From NCBI GenBank assembly GCA_951406725.2, contig OX597842.1, positions 14,012,001 to 14,076,000 of the forward strand: DNA of 64,000 nucleotides. The letters are read 5' to 3'. This DNA is from Octopus vulgaris (lineage: Eukaryota). This document shows, piece after piece, positions 11,641-64,000 of the stretch. The number at the start of each line of letters is the position of its first letter. Positions within the stretch are counted from its first letter, which is position 1. The notes below the pieces were generated by a model. It saw nothing but the letters and a program-made list of their open reading frames with translations. It did no database searches and had not been told where the DNA came from. Made by a program: the position numbers and the translations under genes.

Positions 11641-13182
11641 TTTTATTTATTTAGGTTTTGTCCTGGGTGCTGTACCAAATTGAAATCGCTGTAGAGGAAG
11701 TGTGTTGATGGGGTTAAAATAAACGCACGCCCCCACACCCACACACGCATAGTGTGTCTTTCTCTCTATTTCTGTGTGTCTGTGTTTTCCTCTGCCTCTG
11801 CCTTTCTCTCTTTGTCTATGTGTCTCTGTGTGTCGCTCATACAATTTGTGTGTCGCTCACACCATCAACACCCAGAACCGTTGTAGAGATAATAATAAAA
11901 GAACATCTGAAAGTACTGTTGGAACATTCATAAATGCTATTTAGGTTTTTGTTTCTGTTTAGCTACTGTGGCCGATTTTCGTATAATTTATTTTCATTTA
12001 TGTATTTTCATTTATGTATACGGAAATGGCTTCCGTTTTTTCTTTCTTCCGAATCGAAGCAGTGTAGCTAGTGTTTCCAATAAAACATTATAAACATGAT
12101 ATAAACCATTATCGAGACGTCCTTAGTAAGACTGTTAAGCTTCGTGCAAGTTTAATCAGTCGTTTGGCCGTGAAAAGGTCACGGACAGACGGACGGACAT
12201 AAGGCCAAATATAGTAAGATATACATTCCATCTAAGATATTTCCTGAGCGAAGAAAATACGATATTAATATGTTTGTCATTGTATAAATAGATGAGAAAT
12301 GTATTTTCATGTATCAGTGATAACATTATATTTATTATACTAGAAATGCATATAGACACAAACTATAAAAGAAAATGTTTCCTCACACCATCATAGATTA
12401 TACAAATATATGTATCCTGAATGTTATACTCATTTATTCATGTATCTATATATATTCTTTTGTGATGTTGCTGTATGAGTCCCATCATAATGGTGATCGT
12501 GTTGTTTATCAAATCTATATCTTTATATAATTATACGTTCCTTTCTTACGTTTGGTGTCATACTCCAGAAACTTCATTTGAAAGGAGAAATATTTTACTG
12601 ACAATAATGTTTTCTGTTTATATTAAATAAACAGTATTATCTTTATTTAAATATTTAGCCCCAGGAAATATGATTTTACTCACAAATGCAATAAGGTACC
12701 GTAGATACGGTAGTAAGTGATAGCAAGTAAAATAAATGATATTTTAACCCGGTAAAGACTGAATAAATTGTTTTCATTAATGGTGTGCCTATGTGTGTTT
12801 TAATTTAAACAATAGTTATTAATGAAAGAAAATATATATTGAGCCCTTTTTAATTACTGGACATCTTATGTTAAAAAGGATTATATTTTTTGGAAGGAAC
12901 AGTATGAATTTAATAAGTTGTTTATATGTAATTATGCTCAGTAGCGACACCTGCGGGATTTCCGCTAGGTTTTTCTACTTTATATAATTTTGTCATTTCT
13001 TTCAGTTGATCCATTCATGATTTGATGGTTAAGGGGAATGTCAATTTGCAAATCTTTATATAACCATCATGTTTTAATTCATATAATCCGAAATAAGTGA
13101 TATATTTTGTGGATTATCCTCGTTATTATTCTCATCAATGTCTTTTCTGTCAATTCACAGGCGTCTGTTTTAACGTATCTAT

Positions 13183-58512
<45,330 letters not shown>

Positions 58513-59759
58513 CTGCAATTATAAACAAAAGTCTAAGTGAATTTTGATTTAGATGTATAAAGAAACCCCTGTTGTATTTGACAATAAAGAATGATAATAT
58601 ATTTGCCTAATAACAATATAGAAGTAATGACATTCATGTCTTCTTCCACGAGGTGTTAATAACAGCAATAAATTGAAATGGTTTCTGGTGGAAACCGAAA
58701 ATAAGTTAAGTTCCTACTCTCTTATAGCAAATGTCTTGAATGATAAAGTTCGTTTGAACAAGAAATTTCAGAGCCATGTAAACCGATTCCTTTATATCAT
58801 GGGTTAGGGACGATTTGGTGACAGAAATTGGGTGGTAGACATTTACTGCCGCTGTTGACCATTAATTTCGCACCTTTAAAGCGCTTAGCAAATCGTCAGA
58901 CTCAAATGGCTGAAGGCGCTTAACCTCTCTGGAAACTGTAGGAAGAAATACGTGACGGACAGTTGGCTTTCTAAAGAAGAAATAGATTATTGATGCTGCG
59001 GGTAGGGTTGGGATAGCGGGACGACATTGTCCCCACAGACATCGGCTCTGATCATAGTGGGCTTCGAAGGAATTTTGGCAGGTCTATTCAGCGAATGGGG
59101 AATTCCAAGTCTGAAGGAGGAAATGTTTTAGATAAAAACATTGACTAAATATTTCATTTTCAAATCCTAATTTCAAATTTGGAACATTAGGTTAAAAAAA
59201 TTTTCCGATAAAAATAGTCGAATGTTCATCGTGGGACACCAACCAAATTCTGTAGATATAATTGACAACCTGCCATCCGCATCGTCTGCTTAAAGTTTCA
59301 ATATTCCAAACATAATATAGGTAGATGCAAGTAAGGTTATCCGGTTAAGAAATTTACAAATGTTATTTTGAATTTTTTTCCACTGCGTGGGGCTTTGGGC
59401 AATTCTCTTTCACTATAGTTACCAGCCAGCGAGCCAGCCAGCCAGCAACTTATGCTTGGTTACTGTGACTATAGGACAGAATCTCAAGGAAAATGCGTTG
59501 TATACATATTTCTGTGAACAACAAAAAGACCCAGAGAACAGAAAGACATGTGTCTTTTCATTCTTTGAATTTTAATTTGTGACACTTCAGTAATTTAATA
59601 TTGATTTCAAGTGTTGGCACAAGGCTCAGCATTTTGCCTGGCGCTGAAACGATTCTGCCAGCTCGCTGCCTTTCAGTAATTTAATATTCAAAAACAACTC
59701 TCTGGAAGTGTTATATATTCATATTTTTTAAATATGGTTTCTTTAATGCTATATTGATA

Positions 59760-59940
59760 ACTATTTCTACTGCCAGCACAAATCCTGAAATGTTGGGGGA
59801 GTAGATTAGTCAAATACATCGAACACAGTTTTCAACTGGGAATTATCTGATCGACCCCGAAAGGATGATAGGCAAAGACTACCTTGGCAGAATTTGAACT
59901 CTGAACGTAAAGCCGGAAATAATTCCGTGAAACATTTTAT
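59760..59940 (-). mobile_element. SINE
   Basis: TCGACCCCGAAAGGATGATAGGCAAAG...GGCAGAATTTGAACTCTGAACG; same family as 6095. Confidence 0.7.
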
Positions 59941-60390
59941 TGAGGCAATATCATTAATGAGTGTATAATCAATGTTTTCAAGGTGTGTTTACATGATATT
60001 TGTAGTTTTGGGGTAAATATAGTTTATCTTCCGTTTCCGCTTTTCATTCTTCATTTACTTTACGGTTGTTTATTTTGTTAATTGCATTTCTTGCTTTGAC
60101 TAAACAAACGGTAATATTTATTAGAAAAATTATATGCATGCGTATGTGTGGGTAGGTATCTAAAAATCTTAGGCAGAATAAAACAAGAATTCATATATTA
60201 GGTACAGAAGTGTGCATATTATTAGTGCTTATATGATATAATATTATAGGCGTGTGATAAACAAATTACCAAATGTTTTCATGCTAGAAATAAAGAGTAA
60301 AACCCGTCAAGTCTCAGTAGAATAGTTATGAAAATATTCTCACTGATAGTTTGGATAGCACGAAACTATAATATAGTATTACCACCCCCA

Positions 60391-60431
<41 letters not shown>

Positions 60432-60663
60432 AATGCCTCAAAAGTAGACACACCTCATTATTCCGTTCTATCTGTGCGGGCATTATTCATTAGTACGATG
60501 TCCAAACGAGTGAAATCATTAAAATCCACTGAAGACAAGTCTTCCAAATTCTAGATTAACTATGTAAATGCACCAAATGACGTGCGTTTGTTTCTAGATA
60601 TAAATCTTCCAAACCCGCCCATAACAATGTCTATTTACGTTTTGAGACCTTTCTACCTCTCTT

Positions 60664-60712
<49 letters not shown>

Positions 60713-60822
60713 TTCTCTCTCTCTCCCTCTCTGCATATGTATATATATATTTATATATATATGTATTGAACGCAGGAGCAAAGCTGTTAAAACAGTTTAG
60801 ACGATCGATTAAAAGTACTCAC

Positions 60823-60855
60823 ATTATAAGACGGAATAATGTGGCCAGCAACTCG
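60823..60855 (-). CDS. Candidate 33-nt phase 2-2 microexon of the aGPCR (ELLATLFRLI)
   Basis: Acceptor tttcattctctgtag, donor gtgagt; joins the 58512 exon in frame. Confidence 0.45.
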
Positions 60856-61167
60856 CTACAGAGAATGAAACGCACTCAACACTTCGATTTTTGTTTATAA
60901 AATTGCTTCCCCAATCCGAAAGTTATGATTTAACCATTAGAAAGACACCATTGACGCAGTAATTGGTTAGCTCAAAGGTACAGACTGCTCATGTAGAATT
61001 TGAATTCTACAGAGTTCGAGTCTTTGCAGGTGATTACGGACTCCCTTTTCTCGTCTTAAAATTGTATTTTTATACGGCCTCCTAACATATTCGCCTACGT
61101 TCGAGATTTCCTTAATTTCTAAAATGTGTAGCTGTGTAGACCACTGGGCCAACTTCAATTTATTCTA

Positions 61168-61922
61168 TGTACAATGTGCGTCCAAAAAGTATGAAACATG
61201 TGCATGTGCGAAAATTTCCGCGCTAGTATGCTGCGCCGGTATGCCACGTCAGTATGCCGCCGCGTCGCTAGGCTGCACCAGTTTCCAGCTGCTACGCCTA
61301 TAGTACAGACGTGTCGTGCGCACGAGTACGATTTTCGTTTACACACAAGATGACCAGACACAACGTGCAAAGATATTGCATTCAGTTTTTATAAAGAGTG
61401 GGTAATACTCAAGTGAAACCACCCAAAGGATTTGGCAGGCCGTTGGTGATGATGTCATGAGCAAAACGTAGATCAAGGAGTGGTACAACCACTTCAAACA
61501 TGGCTGAACCTCAGTGGCGAGCGAGGCATGCTGGAGCAGGCCGTGTCGGCCATAAATGAAAGTCAAGTAGATCCTGAACGCACTTCGTATTTCATGCGTT
61601 CATGATCAAAAACAAAAACACACCCCTTTTTCGATAGTTTCCCTGCTCTCCGTAAATAACACTGTGTGACTCCTGGCTCTTCCCAAACTAAAATAGACGC
61701 TGAAAAGGAAGCGTTCTGAGTCGCAGGGGGAAACTCTGAGAAAAGCGACAGCAGTGTTCCATAACACTCTGGCGAAGGCTTTCAAAGAAGTGATGCCAAG
61801 AGTGACAGTTAGTGAAATCCCAAGAGGGGTATTTTGATGACGATTAAATAGAATTTGTGAGATGTACTAAGGTTAGATACTTTTTTGCCTAAAAGTTGGA
61901 TACCTCTTTAACACACCTCGTA
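61168..61922 (+). mobile_element. Mariner-like element, internally deleted
   Basis: SETTQRIWQAVGDDVMSKT*IKEWYNHFKHG*TSV; imperfect TIR ending CACACCTCGTA. Confidence 0.7.
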
Positions 61923-62649
61923 TTTCCGTGCATGGATGAAATATCAAACCAACCTTCATGTTAATTGAACACAGACGTTGCAATGACAAAACACAATACT
62001 CAGAAATATTCATATTGACACACTAGAATTAAAACCAACACATTGCTATTTACTGTCAACTGTATTAAACAACTGTGAATATGATGGCAGCTGTTTATGA
62101 TTTAAGTTCGATGACATCTTTTTATGAATTTAGTCTGGTGACATCATTTTATGATTTTACAAAGACTTTTAGTTTTCCAATCAAGAAAGCTGTTTTGTAC
62201 ATACATGTAATTAATATTGGGAAGGAATAAGAACGCGCCATCCTCATAGTTTTGTATTTGGTTGTTGCTCAAATTTCTGGAAAAAAATAAATAAGTATTC
62301 TATAAGTTAAAATATGTACAATTAATAAGTCTGTTGTCTACTGTTAATATACTGTCTAAACTAACCGAATAAAACTCATGTTTACTGAAAGATGTTTATT
62401 TCTCTATGACGTTTCTGTCTGTAGTTTGGATGGGAGTAGATTCCATTAATCTTATTTAGATATCCTAACGGGAGAGAAAGTCTTCTGTGATACTCGAGCA
62501 GCAAAAAATGGAAGATGATAAGCTATAAAAATAACAAAACAACAACGAGACTTTGTTGTGTATACAATATGTGTTTTATATAACTTTCACAGTTATAATC
62601 AACAAATATTAAAGTTTATTTGCCAACATAATGTGTTAGTCCTATACAA

Positions 62650-62810
62650 GGACGATGTTACTGTCTTTTAGCCACAGGAAAACATATTTTCCAGTTGGCT
62701 ACCGGCACACAGTTTGTGCCCGTATAGTATATGCAAGGGACGTCATCACTCCCATCTCTAGCCTTACATGATACTCACAAATATTATTCTCCATATAAAC
62801 TCTAGTGGCA
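62650..62810 (-). repeat. Old degenerate copy of the 357-bp hammerhead repeat family
   Basis: GATGTTACTGTC.TTTAGCCACAGG...TGCAAGGGACGTCATC aligns by eye with 52713-52815; no recognisable ribozyme core. Confidence 0.45.
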
Positions 62811-64000
62811 AGATATTGACAACATTGCAAGAAAATAAACCATGAATAATTAAAACACTTATCTTAAGAACAGCTCACAAGTTTTTCAGAGCCACATTCA
62901 ACGTATATGTAACAATAAATTTTCATTTTTAAAAGTTTATAGAAAAAATATCCTTCATCATAGCAGTTCCATAGACAGTGAGATTCTACTTTATTGGAAA
63001 TAATACATTAGTTTTTTTTTTTTTATATATTATATAAATTCTAGAAAATTGGAAAACTTGTAACATAGTATGTAGTATAATAAAGGAGCGTGAGTACCGT
63101 ATTTATAATGACATCACACACACTGCGACATTTTCAACAAATATAAAATATTAACATTTTAATTGCAGACTAGTTAAAGATGGCTGATGCTGGAATATTG
63201 ACGATGGTATAAACCAAATATCCTCCATATTTGAAAGGTTCATCTATTATTTCAGTACCCAGTCACGTTGCTGTAGTAGCTGTGTGAAGCAATGCCTTTC
63301 TGGACAGACGCCACACTGCATATTTGCGGAAAAAGTTTTGTTCTTAGATCGTAATCAACTGCTTTCTGACAACGCGCCTTATGACTTTCCTAACATAAGA
63401 AGTCTAAGATATTTATTTGTGTTACATCTTTATTGATAAACGAATACACTGCAACAGTACATTACAATCGAAACAAACTTCAGTAAGAACACGTAACGTA
63501 ATAAAAATCTTTTAAGAACCAACACGCTAACTCAAACTGTGAATTTTGAACCCCAGCTTTGAACTATCAACGCTGGAAATATGGAACTAGCAGGAACTCC
63601 CTCACTTACTCAGACCGCTACTATTTATGTGTAGAGGACCAGTCTATTCTAGCCAAGGGGCGCCGTTCTCTCGCACATCCCCCTTTTTGAGATTTCCTGT
63701 TCCAAAAGAATAAAGAAATTGTTTATGTATGTTATTATACTTTTTAGTATCTCGTTCCTTTGGGCATCATCTCAAGGTATTCGGTCTGCTTTCTTCTTTC
63801 CAAGCTGGTTCCAAAGGACACTATTAGTTTTGGTGCCGGTCCATCGAATATTTCATAGAATACTTCCATGGGAATGTTTTCCTGATCTTCGGTAAGCCTC
63901 GTCTTTAGTTAGTTTGTATGTCTCTTATGTTTGGTGTGTGACCATTCAATTAGATATATCATACCTCCATTTTTTTCTGGTAACATGGCCATCTTCCCAG

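Noticed and set aside
60560-60615. LEDLYLETN matching LxxLxLxxN as an LRR exon
   Set aside because: No suitable acceptor or donor and an in-frame stop soon after; probably chance.
63610-63696. Exon-like segment with good acceptor and GTAAGT donor on the minus strand
   Set aside because: Stops in all three frames; it could only be non-coding and nothing else supports it.

Overview
AT-rich, microsatellite- and transposon-dense animal genomic DNA. The SINE families, the PYHCDICGKSF-type zinc-finger relic and the repeat landscape suggest an octopus/coleoid cephalopod (inference from recalled repeat families, not a database result). The one clear host gene is a minus-strand adhesion GPCR. I assembled it by hand from 19 GT-AG exons (58512 to 13183) with consistent phases and no internal stop, giving about 922 aa; it is 5'-incomplete. 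Its ectodomain reads LRR C-terminal cap, a 12-Cys Ly6/uPAR three-finger-like domain, a SEA-like domain, HormR and GAIN/GPS (HL|TSFALLM), followed by a 7TM. The introns and flank hold Penelope-like, RTE, CR1 (one with an uninterrupted 962-aa ORF2), RLE-type, Gypsy, mariner/Tc1 and Helitron relics plus tRNA-derived SINEs. The most notable non-coding signal is a set of type I hammerhead ribozyme motifs from several repeat families. These include a 357-bp circularly permuted, retrozyme-like unit with a U3-variant core (9761-10217), and a head-to-head inverted pair of the same family inside a receptor intron (52664-53240) with compensatory stem changes between copies.
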